Shown: positions 23,615 through 37,343 of the stretch, piece after piece | Numbering within the stretch: position 1 is the stretch's first letter | How the letters are laid out: every line of letters begins with the position of its first letter | Assembly: GCF_006345805.1 (NCBI RefSeq) | Contig: NC_043003.1 | Location: forward strand, 80,476,001-80,540,000 | Length of the DNA: 64,000 bases | Source of the DNA: Octopus sinensis | Taxonomy: Eukaryota | Direction: 5' to 3' | Made by a program: the position numbers and the translations under genes | The notes under the pieces: model-generated | Databases searched by the model: none | Seen by the model: the letters and a program-made list of their open reading frames with translations, nothing else | What the model was told of the DNA's origin: nothing

Positions 23615-25248
23615 AGCGAGAAAGAAGCAACAAGAATGGATAGGTTTTTAGTACAATCGTTTCATACAAGGACAGGCTTTATTAAAAGTTGCAAAAATTA
23701 CAGCATATAAACGTGTCCCGTACTCATCAGCTAAAATACATGTGAGTTCTCTAGACATCCTAGTGGTTGAGGCTATACTCATGAAGTAATGTAGATAATT
23801 AAGTAACATAAACAGATTTCCAAAGTTCATTAAAGTTCTTTAAAGATGATGTACAGTCTTATCACAGAATTTAAAAAAAGTTTTAATAGCATCACAAAGA
23901 AGGTGACCTAATCCATAGTACACATATGAATTTCCAGAGATATGATGAGGGATTACATACTCACAGAAGACAAATTTATCCATTGTTAATCACAACGAGG
24001 TGGGTCTCAATTCCTGCTTATTAGCATTACAGAGAGGGTGAATTAATCCTTTGTATAGATGCACAATTTCCAATGGTGTAGATGTAAATTTCCAGAGAAA
24101 TGAAGAGGAATTTCATATTCACAGGCGATAAATTTATCAATGGTTGAACACAATGAGGTAGGTATCAATTCTTGTTATGTGATTAGGTATTTGCCACATT
24201 AATCACATTACTGCTATTTACAAGAGGCTGTAGCTATTTAACTTTTAAAGGCTGAAGGGCTTTCTAGAGAGGCAAAGAATAGAAAAGGGAAGTGAATAGA
24301 AGAAAAGAGAGAAAATAAAGGAGGAGGGAGCAAAAAAAGGGGGGGAAGGGGACTAAAAGAGAAGAGAAAAGGAAAAAGAGAATAAGAAGAAGAAAAAGAA
24401 AAAAAGAGAAAAGAGAAAGAAATAGGGAAAGAAAGGAAAAAAGAAAAAGAAAAAAGAGGGTTCTAGTTATACAGAAGAATTAGTAGACGGTAAGTCTGGT
24501 TTTAATTTATAGGCATCTAGGAACTAGAGGAGAATATTATTCTTTGACCAGTAAAACAGCTAATTTATTGCTGTTGAAATCAGCTATGAATTTAAAGAGA
24601 ATCTAAAGAGATAACACAGTCAGGGGTTTAGGGGTCAGATGCTAAAATCAAAAGAAAATACATTAGGAAAATCTAAGTATAATCTTATCAAAAATTCATT
24701 AAAATTTACTTATTTAATTTATTCATTTTATTGTCTTAAGGAGTTGCTGTTATTATTCATACATTGACGGACTACAGGTCAAATCTTAGAAGATCATTTA
24801 CAAGGTGTTAGGGGATTGTCTATCATAATGAAGATAATCATATTATCACCGAGGGGGTAGCCTTATTTATTTAATTTTGAAATAGAATTATGGGGCTATA
24901 GTAACTCATTTTATTTTATTAGAGTTATGCTACTTAAATTAGATTAAGTTAGGAATTAAAATTAAAAATTACAATTAAGATTTAAAATTAAGAAATTTAA
25001 AAATTATGAGTTTGAAATTAAATAGAGCCTCAATTAAGCAGCGTATAAGTACTATTCATTTCCCTGTTCTCAAAAAACTGATGCAGATATAAGGAAAAAG
25101 ATAACTGTAGTGTGAGAACTCTTAGTTATCTACTTAAAGCAGTGCTATACTAGTAGAAATCAAGTTATATCTATCTATCTAGTTACGAATATTCTAATCA
25201 TTTAAAATATTTTAAAGTCTTCAATTTAGCGTGGACACAAACTTGACC
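23615..25248 (-). mobile_element. About 1.6-kb TA-flanked element with a 3' hammerhead and no recognisable ORF (non-autonomous PLE-like / retrozyme-like)
   Basis: Bounded by TA tracts at 23510-23614 and from 25249. HHR at 23646-23736; internal 158-bp-period duplication; purine tract about 24285-24460; the only listed ORF (60 aa) overlaps the HHR. The far boundary is inferred. Confidence 0.6.
23646..23736 (-). ncRNA. Type I hammerhead ribozyme
   Basis: UUUUAG-CUGAUGA-GUAC GGGACA...UGUCCU(U) GUAU-GAAA-CGAUUG-UA-CUAAAA. Stem I has 6 perfect bp; core intact; GUA cleavage between 23652 and 23651. Confidence 0.88.
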
Positions 25249-25286
<38 letters not shown>

Positions 25287-25439
25287 AGGATGTATGTGTA
25301 TATATGTGTGAATGTGTGTGTGTGTGTATGCATGATGATTAATGTTGAAAATATCTTAGCGCTTTCCCGTGTTAACTAGTTGTTGCTTTAAATTTATCAC
25401 CTTAATATTCCATGCTAATTTAAAACGGCGATGTAGCAG

Positions 25440-25866
25440 AACAGTTGTCACACCGAGCCAAACGCTTAGCGGCAAATACTTAGCCGTCTTTCCATTCTGA
25501 GTTCAAATTTCGCCGAGATCGACCTCGTCTTCCATCCTTTCTTAGTGGATTAAGTAAGTACCAGCTTCGAGCTCAGGACTAGAATTCATGTAATTGACTT
25601 AGCCCCTGGTCGAAATTGCTGGCCTTGTGCTAAAAATTTGAAACTAATTTCAGGCGGTGAGCTGGCAGATTCGTTAGCATGACGAGCAAAATGCTTAGCG
25701 GCATTTCGTCCATCTTTCCGTTCTTAGTTCAAATTCCACCGAGGTCGACATTGCCTTTTATTCTTTAAGGGTTCATAAAATAAGTTCTAGTTGAGCACTG
25801 GGGTCGATATTATCGCTTTATCACCTTCTCCGAAATTACTGACCTTGTACCAAAATTTTAAACCAA
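25440..25866 (+). mobile_element. Two tandem SINE family A copies
   Basis: ttctgagttcaaatttcgccgagatcgacc (25495-25530) and ttagttcaaattccaccgaggtcgacattgcc (25725-25756), each ending in gaaattgctggccttgtg-like tails. Confidence 0.85.
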
Positions 25867-27074
25867 TATGTAATAATTATTTAAATGTTGGCGTGATTTC
25901 CTCTTAGCTGCAAAAGATCGATACATATCCAGTTATAATTATATAAACTAATAATGACCTGTGATTAATAATACCATGTACAAATCTATGCAGACAGTAT
26001 AATGAGACAACAGACATTGTTTTTGTCTACTGTTGTTTTGCACGGCAATATAAGCTAAGGTCTTACAGTCTCACGATCAAGTAGGCAAATTATTATAATG
26101 GGAAATGCGGTGACACGTCAACATTTAAACAGATATGATATGATATCAATATATACCATAATGGCATTCTTCGTACAATCATTGGTAACATGCATGTAGG
26201 AAGGAAAAGCAGATGCAGGTAAGCACACGAGATATAACTATTAACAAGCGGCACAAATGCCTCTGTACCGTGATAAACCTGAAAAAGATCGATGCATGAC
26301 TTTATACTGCAAACTACACAGCACATTTTTCTAACATTATCTACCAAATTTTACAACACAACACATATGTTACTCAATATCACCATTAATATAACATAGC
26401 CTCAAAATACAATAGCACATACTCTAAACCATTCGTTCTCATGTGTTAGTTTACTTCATTGCACAATAAAGATAAACGCCATGGGGTAAAAATTCTGTAA
26501 AAATACGGAATAATTAGTATTTATTTTTATCTATATACTGTACCTAATGTTGAAAAGCTAGAACCCGCGCTTTTCACCCCAAAAAACTTTCCTTATAAAC
26601 ATATTGAGTTACTTGTCAATAAGAGGAATTTTCCTTAACGTAAACCGCAGCTTTCGGTTTTTCAATTAAGCACATATGTTAAGTATGTTATATTGATAAT
26701 GTATTTACTACAGAGCTGCTTCTATTGCATAATTAGAAGATTATTTAATATGTTTTAATTAGCATAGTAGTGGCTAGGAAACTTAAGAATAACATTTTTG
26801 CTGACGCTCAAACTTTTATCTAGACAAAAAATATCTGCAGTAAATTTGGGTACCCACTTCTAGCATAACATTTCAGAAATAGTCTAAATAACCATAATTC
26901 ATTATTATAGCACAACCTATAAGACATCAGATCCCAAACACAATTATCCAATATGAAAATCCAATAACCACAACACCTTATAAATAATTGCTACCCAGTA
27001 ATATATCACAGTCAGTTTCTTTATACACCCATCATTCAATGATATATGGCCACAATACGAGCCCCAAACGATTG

Positions 27075-27468
27075 ATTTCAAATTTTGGCACAAATCCAGC
27101 AATTTCGGGGCATTGGGTAAGTCGATTACGTCAACCTCAGTACTTAACAGGTACTATTTTATCGACCCCGAAAGGTTGAAAGCCGAAGTCGGCCTCGGTG
27201 GCATTTTACTCAAAACATGAAGACAGACAAAATACATATGTCTTTACTACGCACAAGGAGCTAAACACAGAGAGGACAGACAAGAACAGACAGACGGATT
27301 AAGTCGATTATATCGACACAAGTGCCTAACTGGTACTTATTTAATCGACCCCGCAAGGATGAAAGGCAAAGTCGACCTCGGCGGAATTTGAACTCAGAAC
27401 GTAGCGGCAGACGAAATACCACTAAGCACTACGCCCGGCGCGCTAACGTGTCTACCAGCTCGCCGCCT
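27075..27468 (-). mobile_element. Two adjacent SINE family A copies
   Basis: atcgaccccgaaaggttgaaagccgaagtcggcctcgg and atcgaccccgcaaggatgaaaggcaaagtcgacctcggcggaatttgaactcag. Confidence 0.85.
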
Positions 27469-27864
27469 TTACGCGCCCTAAATTATTGCCATAACTTCTT
27501 TTCTCAAAACATAAATAATACCATCCATCACAACACAGGATGTTCGCGTCTTTAGAAATTAAGTCTGCAAGATCTGTGATCACTTGAGTGTAAACAACAT
27601 CGACATCATACTAACGAATAGAGCTGACCTGCACATTCGAAATCTCTCCTAGAAATAGCAGCCATATAAAACAACACGTATATATTTTGTCATTCACGTT
27701 GTAGTAGCGGGTTGCCTTTGTGCTCTGTTACCTAGCTTGGTAACTATGAATATTGTTATGTGAGGCGTTGATGGTGATTTCGTTGCTAGTATGGTGTGTG
27801 AGGACGTTGAAGGTTACAGTGACGACTATGTGCTGTATGGGGATACTCTTTTACTTCTTTCAGT

Positions 27865-28215
27865 CATTTGAATGCGGCCATGCTGGAGCACTGCCTTTAG
27901 TCGAGCAAATCGACCCGAGGACTTATTCTTTGTAAGCCTAGCACTTGTTCTCTCAGTCCCTTTTACCGAACCACTAAGTTACGGGAACGTAAACAAACCA
28001 GCATCGGCTGTCAAGCGATGTTGGGGGACAAACACACACACATATAAATATTCATATACATATATACGACGGGCTTCTTTCTGTTTCCGTCTACCAAATC
28101 GACTCACAAGGTTTTGGTCAGCCCGAGGCTATAGTAGAAAACACTTGCCCAAGGTGCCACGCAGTGGGACTGAACCTGGGAACATGTGGCTGGTAAGGAA
28201 GCTTCTTACCATACA
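27865..28215 (-). mobile_element. SINE family D, near full length
   Basis: gctatagtagaaaacacttgcccaaggtgccacgcagtgggactgaacc head region and tttcagtcatttgaatgcggccatgctggagcac tail region; matches 46996-47378. Confidence 0.88.
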
Positions 28216-29624
28216 GTCACTCCTGTTTCGTGTGGTGATGATCGTGTACACTTTATCTTGTGTGAGATTTTTTTTTGTAATTACGTATACTGTGTTTCGA
28301 GGAAGTTTGCTGATGATGTGTAAACTGGTAGTCTGGAATGTTTGTTGTGATTGTGTAGGCTGTGATTTCTGTGTAAATATTGTGTAGGTTGTTTTGCGTG
28401 GGTAGAGATCACATAGACTATACTTGTTATGAATTGCTGGTCACCGTGGAGTCTACATATTGTGTAGGTTAACATTGATCCTGCATGCTATAATTTTCAT
28501 TTGTGACTGTGTTTCCTACTTGTGTAGATTATGTTAACGTTCACCGAAGTCCCCAATGATCAAGTCTCTATTTGCTGCCAAATCGTCGAGAAATAATGTC
28601 CTTCACATTTAAACTCGGTAGTACACATCGGATGATATACAGTGCGGATGGCCATGTACGGAATATCTTTGATCATAAAAAATATTGTGTACATAAACGA
28701 GAAAATACACAACAGACCTTACTACGCTAGGCTCATTCTGCATCAGTTTCATACCATAACACACATAATTATCATATTTGCACAGCTGAAGCAACATATT
28801 CCCCATAATTACCACACAATACGCCAAGACAACCCACATCGAACATACATAATCACTGTCTAATACTATAGACGCATCGCACACTCTGACATATCTTAAA
28901 CCTGTTAGTATAAAATAAAAGCAATCACGGCCATGAAGTTTTACATCTCATACTTTATACAATTGGTATGAAAACAGTATAAAACAACCGAACGGACACA
29001 ATGGAAAGAACATTTACTCTATAAAATAACCATCCGACACTGTACTATAACAGTCACTAAAAGTCAGACAACACGTCTGAAATAAACGCAATGCAACAAC
29101 AAAAAAGAAACATGGCTTAAATTGCATATAATGTACTATAGCTAAAAATGAAACGAATTATTAAAAGAAACTAGGAGACCGATCGTAAGGAAAGCAAAAC
29201 AGATGCGGCATACAAACACATTAAATCCCACACTGTCAAAACAGAATACTGTACATAAGCCTCAGGGACACGATTGTGCACGTGGTGTCAAGTAGAGTGA
29301 GGGAACTCCAAAATTTGACATATTTAATAACAACAAAAATAACAACAACCGAAGTGTGCTTTGTTCAGGCATTATATGCAGTATTAGAGGTGAAGGTGAA
29401 ATGTCATTCATTATTTAATAATAGTGATGTAAATTCCACTTTTTCTTCAACGTTCCTGTGGTCAGTTTCAAGATATTCTACTGAGAGCTATTTACTATCT
29501 TTAATTTTAATAAAATCGTCTTAGTTTGCAGTATGCTACATCACAATATGTCAGGTGAATCAAATTAGCTTTGTCATAATTTTGATGCCTCAGGACTTTC
29601 GTCAGCAGACATTGTAACTAATTA

Positions 29625-29657
<33 letters not shown>

Positions 29658-30447
29658 CACCACACACACACATATATATATATTCGTATGTGTGTATGTA
29701 TACATGCATTTATATCTACAGCTACACACACAGGCGCAAGCATGGCAGTATAGAAGAAGTTTGCTCTCAACCACAATGCGAAACTTTGGTCCACTGTATT
29801 CTGTCTTGTACTCTATCCTAAGAATTACTAAAGCGTTGTGAGTGATTTGGTAGAGAGAAACTGAAACACGCTCATCACATATATATATATATATATGAAC
29901 ACCCTGGGCTAGGAAAATTAAAACGATACATTGGTCTTCCGAAAAGAAAAAAGGAATTCTACCACTACCACCACGATCACTACGACTGCTGCTACTTTTA
30001 CTAATACTACAACCACCATGGTCACTACTATTACTACTACGATCGACAATTCCCCACTACTGCTGCTGCTGCTGCTACTGCCGCAGCTGAGCTGCTGCAA
30101 CCCCAACCACCATCACGGTTACTACTACTACGACCAACAGTCACTGCTGCTACTGACATTTCAGCCACTGGTCATTCGGACACATAAGACAGCTAAAAAC
30201 AACCACGTGGCTTCTGTTGAGACCAGTAAGAAACAATTATGAACTTTTTATTACACTCAACTTTAAATTTACAGCTATTATGCTTACTACCCACAAAACC
30301 AGTAAGAAACAATTATGAACTTTTTTATTACACTTAACTTTTTAAAATATTTTTGATAAGGTTCGTTTTTTCAAGAATAACCGAAACATGCAAAATTTCT
30401 AAGAAAATTAAAATTTATCTTATGTAGTGGCGTTTTCAAACTTCTTT

Positions 30448-30504
<57 letters not shown>

Positions 30505-30513
30505 TATATATAT

Positions 30514-31737
30514 ATGAGTCAGCCCATAAAAAATGCGTTTTTTGCAACTGCATAAACTAAAAGTCGGATTGGGACGAGATAGACTACCAGAATGAACTTG
30601 TTATAAAATCAGGTAATAGTTTTACCTTGTACTTATTCTTAGTGCACGTTTTGAAGAGTGCAGTTTGATTTTAGCAGTTATTTTTTCAAAGATGTAATGG
30701 AAGTGACAAAGGGGCAGATTCGGCATATTTTGCTTTATGAGTTCAATAAAGGAACATCGGAACGGGAAGTGCGAGGAATATTAATGCAGTATATGGGGAT
30801 CGGAAATAAGCGTAAGCTAGTTTCAACGGTGGTTCCACAAATGCTGAGCTGGAAACTACAGCCTAGAAGACAAGCTACGTCTTGGAAGATATGTAGAGTT
30901 CGACTAGGGCGTTCTGCAAACCCTGGTGGAGCAAAATCCCATCCTTACTGTTGAGGAACTAGCAGAGAAGCTTGGATTTGGTCATTCAACCATTCATCGA
31001 CACCTGCGTGCCGTTGGAAAAGTCAGCAGATCGGATCAATGGGTTCTTCACAAACTTTCCGAGTTTAACGGGCGGAGAGAGTGAATGTGTCAGTGACGTC
31101 TCACAAATGAACCTTTTTTGGACTGCATAGTGACTCGTGGTGAGAAATGAGATCTCTATAAACATGTCAAGCGCCGAAGACGGTGGGTAGGGAAAAGAGA
31201 AACACTGGCATCTTCGTATGGTGTTGTTGTTTGGAAGGTATACGAAAGGCTTAGTCCACTTTGAAATTTTAAACCCAAACCAAAGGATATTAAGGGAGAT
31301 CTACTGCAAGCAGCCTCAGTGGCTTAAGTCAGCTCTAGAAGATAAACGACCATCTTCAGTTTCAAGACGAATGGTATTCTTCCATCAAGATAATGCTTTG
31401 CCACATGCAGCGAAGATGTCATTGCAAAGTCTGGAACATTTTGAATGGGAAACGATGCCCGGCCTACCATATTCGCCATACATTGCTCCATCTGATTATA
31501 ATTTATTCCGGAAAAATATGAATCCTGTAGACGAGGTCAGACCAATACTGGAAGAGTATTTTTCGTCACGGACTAGTGAATTTTGGAAGAGGAGCGCTGC
31601 AAGTCCACCAGATATATGGAAGAGCATTATAGAAAATGAAGGAGAGTATGTTTTAGATTAAGAAAGAATTTTGTTTATCTTAACTTTAAAATAATAAAAG
31701 AACTATAAAAACGCGCATTATTTACGGGGAGACCCAA
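30514..31737 (+). mobile_element. Mariner DNA transposon (D34D), frameshifted transposase
   Basis: Imperfect TIRs (atgagtcagcccataaaaaatgcg / cgcattatttacggggagacccaa + TA). MEVTKGQIRHILLYEFNKG start at 30697; WVLHKL; FFHQDNALPH...PYSPYIAPSDY with 34 residues between the aspartates; stop at 31659-31661. Confidence 0.93.
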
Positions 31738-32269
31738 TATATACACATACGCTTATTACCAGTTCAAGTATACTTGGAGAATATTCGAACCGGTATGAAA
31801 GCGATTCACTCTCTTGTCACTATTTTGTCAAATACACCATAATCAGATCGCATCACTACTTATATAGGTTGTGTGCTGCAATTATTTCGGAGTGGTAATC
31901 TCCTCTGCAGCCCCCCAAAACAGACTGGGAACGTTGTGAGCTTCTAAGAAAGATTGTCTCTCTTATGATATTCTCATCATTATACTACGCATGGTACCAC
32001 TAATCTGGATAGCTAAGTAGTGATGTGTATAAACAGAAGGTTATTACCAGTTGTAATATTCTTGGGGCATATTCAAGTCCGACAGAAACCCATTCAAGTT
32101 GCTTTCTTCGTAACTGAGGAGAATTAGCTTATCAACCTTGAGAAGTTCAAATGCAAAGTGTGTTGGATTTGAAATCAGAAGTACAAAATTACACGGAAAT
32201 ACATTTAAAATTCTGCATTTCTCTCACCACAATTATATTCATAAAAATATTGTACAATACTGATTTCAA

Positions 32270-32475
32270 ATTTTGGCACCAGCCCAGTTATTTCGGGGAG
32301 AGAAGATAATTCGATCACAACGATTTCAGTGTTTTATTATTACATATGCTATCGGACCCTGAAGGATGAAAGTCAAAGTCGTCCTTGATGGAATTTGAAT
32401 TCAGAACGAAGTGATGAATAAAATGCCGTTAAGCATTTTTCCCAGCATGCAAACAATTCTGCCAGCTCGCCACCT
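32270..32475 (-). mobile_element. SINE family A (degenerate)
   Basis: ggatgaaagtcaaagtcgtccttgatggaatttgaattcagaacg...gccagctcgccacct. Confidence 0.8.
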
Positions 32476-35094
32476 TACTAACATTATATAATATGAAGAA
32501 ATATTAAGATAATTATATGAATAGTAACGTAGGTAGAAAAACAGATTGTCATCTACGAGTTTTAACAAAAAAATCCAAGTAGTTCGAATAAACAGAAAAA
32601 ATTTTAACTTAGAGCATATATTATGAAAACACCAAAAGGATAAAATATATCTATCCAATATAAACGAATGCCGGAGGTTGCTGTAAAAACAGAAATATAA
32701 TATTGGAAGTAGAATGGATCTACGTAGATGTAAAAATAAAACTGATTTATTTATTAAGAAAACATGAAGTAAATAGTATATACATCACTTTGAATAAACG
32801 AAAAACGACGTGGAACCTTAAAGAGAATGAATCTGAATACAGTGATTTAGATAATTGCACAATCGGTAGAGAGTTGGAAAACCAATAATACAATAAAAAA
32901 AAAATACTCTAAGACATAATTGAAAGAGCGAGCTTTTCTTACAGAAAGTCCCATCATATTGTAATATGAGGCTTTCTTTGAGAAAGTATAAAAGTCAAAT
33001 ACATCAGAAAAAGGAAGTTTAAACCAAGAATATACAGGGATCTTGAAATATAGATATGCAGGATATAGGGGTGTATAATACTATTATTATTGGGTTACAA
33101 TTATAATAAAGAACATTCAATGAAAATGTAAATACCAAGTCCCACCCCTGGGTTTACAACGCTATAATGACCCCAGATTACCTTAATATATATCTTAAGA
33201 AACTATTTATAATTCAATTGCATATATCACTAACCTTGCCTTATATAAACCACACATATTACAATATAGTTAATTGAGATAACAGACACTCTAACACAAC
33301 TCTCGTAATCTGTTCAACACACGTTCTACTCCAGAATTTCCCGGCAGTATGAAATATAACACATCTCATACAATATATTCTACACGAGAAATTGTTGAAA
33401 CACTAGAGCAACTCTAGGGTCAAGAAAATAAATCCCATAAGAGACTTATCCCTGTACAGCATACATGTACCAGTCCATACTTCCAAAGGATAATGTTGCA
33501 GACACTTTATGAGTATAATAGTAAAAGGTTGCTGAAAACTGCGAAAAATCCTAATGATGCTAAATATCTTGTGAAAGAGCAATAACATGTTGCATAGAAG
33601 ACCACATTGTGAAATTTATACATCTGGTGAGATTCATTAGTATGAGACAAAATATTTGGGAAGTGGTGGTAAAACCAGAAAAAGAAACAATACACTAATT
33701 TTTTTATATATTTCATTGTAAATAAGACATTGTGTCTATGCGGAATCTTTGCATAATATAATCTTTGCCTTGTTCACATTCACACTAGTCCCGAACTTGC
33801 TACCACTAACCGAAAAAACTCAGCAGCAACTTCAGATTGAGATCATTAGGAGAGGAATGTATTATTGCTAAAATCTTCAAATGCTCAATGTTAAAGACTA
33901 TTAAATCTGTAGAATTTGAAAGCGTGGAAAATTACAACTCTTCCTAACAATATGATATCAAGCATGACTTTCACCGATCCTTTACCATTCAGTCCATACA
34001 TTCTTTTTCTACGCAATAAAATAGTTTCAGACAGCATTATTCAGAAAGCTGACATAGTAAAATCAGGTTTAAGCAGAAATAAAATCTATGCACAGTCATT
34101 GAAACTGGATCAGCAAACCATTTTATTCAATTTCTTGCTAGGCAGAAGCCACAATATTTGCAAAAGAAAATAATGAAAATAAATGAAAGACAAAGTGGAG
34201 ATAAAATTAGAGGTTAAAGAAAAATATCACTTAATACTTAATGTGATCGAAAATACTACCAAAATAATAAAGATGAAGAGAGAAACAACAACTGTTAGAA
34301 ACACAAAATTATGTTCGCAAAATCAAGGAGCGCTAAGAGAGGGTCTCGCAATATCGCAATGAATCCACTGTTATGATAAGAGATAAAATTTATTTGAAAA
34401 ATAAATAGCGCTTCACTGAAAGAAAAATGATTTTACAGAGACTAAAGCTCCAAATAAAAATAACAAAGAACAAAGTAGAGAGTTATTTGCAAAAGAGACA
34501 GAAGGGTATAGCGTATATATTATGGAAAACATACCGGAGATGATGTTCAATTGAGTATGTGTGACAACAGAATATTTGTGAAAAGAAATGATAATAATAA
34601 ATAATCTAGATAAAACGAAATCCGCAAAAATAAAAAAACACTAGAGCGTGAGAGATTTAGCTAAGATATTTAACAGGTTTCTTTTATTCATTTACTCGTT
34701 TTCTGTAATGAAATATGTCCATGCTATGTCACTGCAGTAAAGAGTAAGGTCGCTTACATCGACCAAGCAATTATTTTATCGATCTTTGGAGGAAATTGCG
34801 TAAAATAGATGTATGTGGAATTTGAACTCAGAACGTAAAGAGGGGTAACTCTGTAAATGCAGCATAGTAATTTGTTCGATGCTCCAGTATTTCTGTTATA
34901 CAATTTACAAGAAGAAAAGAAACTAAACGGTAAACTCATTTCAAAGGATATTTGCACGAAAAGAAAGAGAAACAATGTTTTTTTTTCTTTTCTTCTTTTT
35001 TTTTTTTGAGAAGAACAGAGATAATTCTAAAAAGGCATAATTTGGATCTATCGATCAGTAGCTGATCGATAAAGCCATGACCGATAACTGTGGG

Positions 35095-35420
35095 AGAGGA
35101 AAGAATAACATTAGCATGATTTGGATTGATTACTAGAAGGTCTCGGCACTCGTATATTCTGAAAATATTGCTGTAGAGAAGCCATTACCAATAATAAGCA
35201 GGTACATCAAACATGACATGAGTATATGTGTTACATCTGTACAGATTCAAAGAAACGTGTGAATTGTAAACACAAAACCAGCTCCCATGGGGAAAGGAAT
35301 ATTCCACAAGACTCCATCTCTAAATCCCTCTGAGTTAGTACATATAGCATCATGTTAAATGATGGCCTATATGGATAGATGTAATAAAGTGTCATAGCAT
35401 TGATACACAGCTCGGATTTA
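35095..35420 (+). pseudogene. Heavily decayed non-LTR RT fragment, R4/Dong-like
   Basis: KNNISMIWIDY*KV (compare NLSMAWIDYKKAYD), GIF..DSIS (compare GIFQGDSLSP) and AYMD (compare YMDD), in the expected order across frameshifts. Confidence 0.5.
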
Positions 35421-37221
35421 GTAGGCAAAACGTGTCAATGCAACCATCAGGACAGCAGTATTATTAAATAAACAAACACGCGCTAATACTATGCTACGAC
35501 GATGAAAGTTGTTACAGTGTCAGATAAAAAAATTTACGGTATTAGTTCTGGTGCTTTGTGCTCTGAGATCAAATCGCACTCAGATCACCATTATTGTTTC
35601 TTTTTTCATCCGGATTCGACTGGTAAAGTATATAACGACTATTGGTGTTGATACATTTTCTTATTGAATCGGTTTGCTCTACGGGCTTCAATTTGGCCAT
35701 GACTGATCTAGATGTTTGTAAGACCACACAATGGGTGCCATAGTCCCAGAAAGATGATTTGGATCCATCAAGTTAGACGTATTAATAAAGACCACGATAG
35801 CGGCACCGTTATTCTAAATTCGTGCTAACTAAACTATGGGATATCACTGATAATGTCGTTTCACAAGCAACTGAGGTCTGGGCGAGAGCGCAGTAACTCA
35901 TTTCAACAGTAAAACCTTCCAACTAATATGTCACTGAAGCCGCACAAATAAGATCAAATGGACCGCATACTTCGGAAGGTAATGATAGAATGAACAATTA
36001 TGAAAATATTCTTCCATGGCAAGTGATTTGATGTGAAATCGTTTGTTATAATAAAAGAATTGCAGTGTGGAAGACATAAGTTAGTCATTCAAAGAGACCA
36101 TCAATTTCACTTACATATTTATTTTATTTAAGCAGAAATAAAATCTATGCACAGTCGTTGAAACTGGATCAGCAAACCATTTTATTCAATTTCTTGCTAG
36201 GCAGAGACCTCAAAAAAGAGTAAATGAATAAAAGAAACTTACATATTCATTTTATTTTAATGTGGTGTCAAACTTTCCGTCCCTCGAAACCGCGACTTTT
36301 CCTCTGACAAAGACCTTACCAGCATTTCAAAATGAATAATATCGTTAGAAACATACATAGATTAAACGATAATTAAGTCAAATACAGACAATACAGATAT
36401 AACGATAAATTAATGAAACGCGTACAACGAATTGGTAAATTACGAATAACATAAACGCATCGATGCTCAATGAAACAGTAAATAACTGTTTGAGTCACGC
36501 GAGATGTTTAGAAATAACGCATCATGTTACATATGTTTATATTAAGTTTTTATACCGCTGCACTTTGATGATTTCGCTTCCGCCTCATTGTTGAAATTCA
36601 GTAAAAATTTACAGATATTGCTGCTCTATATAGTGCTCGCTTCTAAATTATGAGAGCCGAGTAGAATATAGATCACTGATGAGACCTTGTACTACTGGTA
36701 CATGCCTGATGCTTTTACCTGTTCATTTTTAGGACAAGCTTTACTCCAATGTCACTTTTATTACTGCTCATAAGTTTCCTTTTTCAGATTGTATTGAAGT
36801 TACCCGCTTTGCTTCTTGTAGTTTTTAGATTTTAAGCACAGCCAGTTCTGGATTTTGTCTGGTAACACCATGGATAATGACAGGTAATTGAGGGATCTCA
36901 ACGAAATATAAAAGTGGGATCGTAATACATACAATGATATAAACAATTAAGTGTGCATTATATATGAGAAAGAAGTACTTATACGACAGATGAAACTCTA
37001 TCGAGAAAGCAGTATTCTATTATTTACAGAATAATAATTATAACAATTATTTCCAGGACATCATATTCCATAAGCATATTTTAGCTCTAAGCTATACAGT
37101 AGCTTAGGAAATGTGGATTTATGTGTTTCATGAATTGGGTTTTACAACGATTGTTTTTTCCTGTACTATGCTATTACGTTGAGTAAAATAAAATTGTATC
37201 TATCGAAAATTTATCTGAAAG

Positions 37222-37343
37222 AATCCATTCAGAAGCATCTATTGTCAAGCCAACAGGAGAACGTCGGCGCCACTGCTGCCACCGAACCTCACACAAAACC
37301 CACTTTACTGTCTAAATCAGATATCTGCAACATGTTTCGAGAA
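37222..37343 (+). CDS. Candidate host exon of an unidentified gene (ESIQKHLLSSQQENVGATAATEPHTKPTLLSKSDICNMFRE)
   Basis: Open frame, raised GC content, donor GAA|gtgagc, moderate acceptor ttatctgaaag. No homology recognised. Confidence 0.25.

Noticed and set aside
27522-27610. Minus-strand candidate exon YDVDVVYTQVITDLADLISKDANILCCDG with AG/GT ends
   Set aside because: Protein-like, but the acceptor is only moderate and there is no homology or partner exon.
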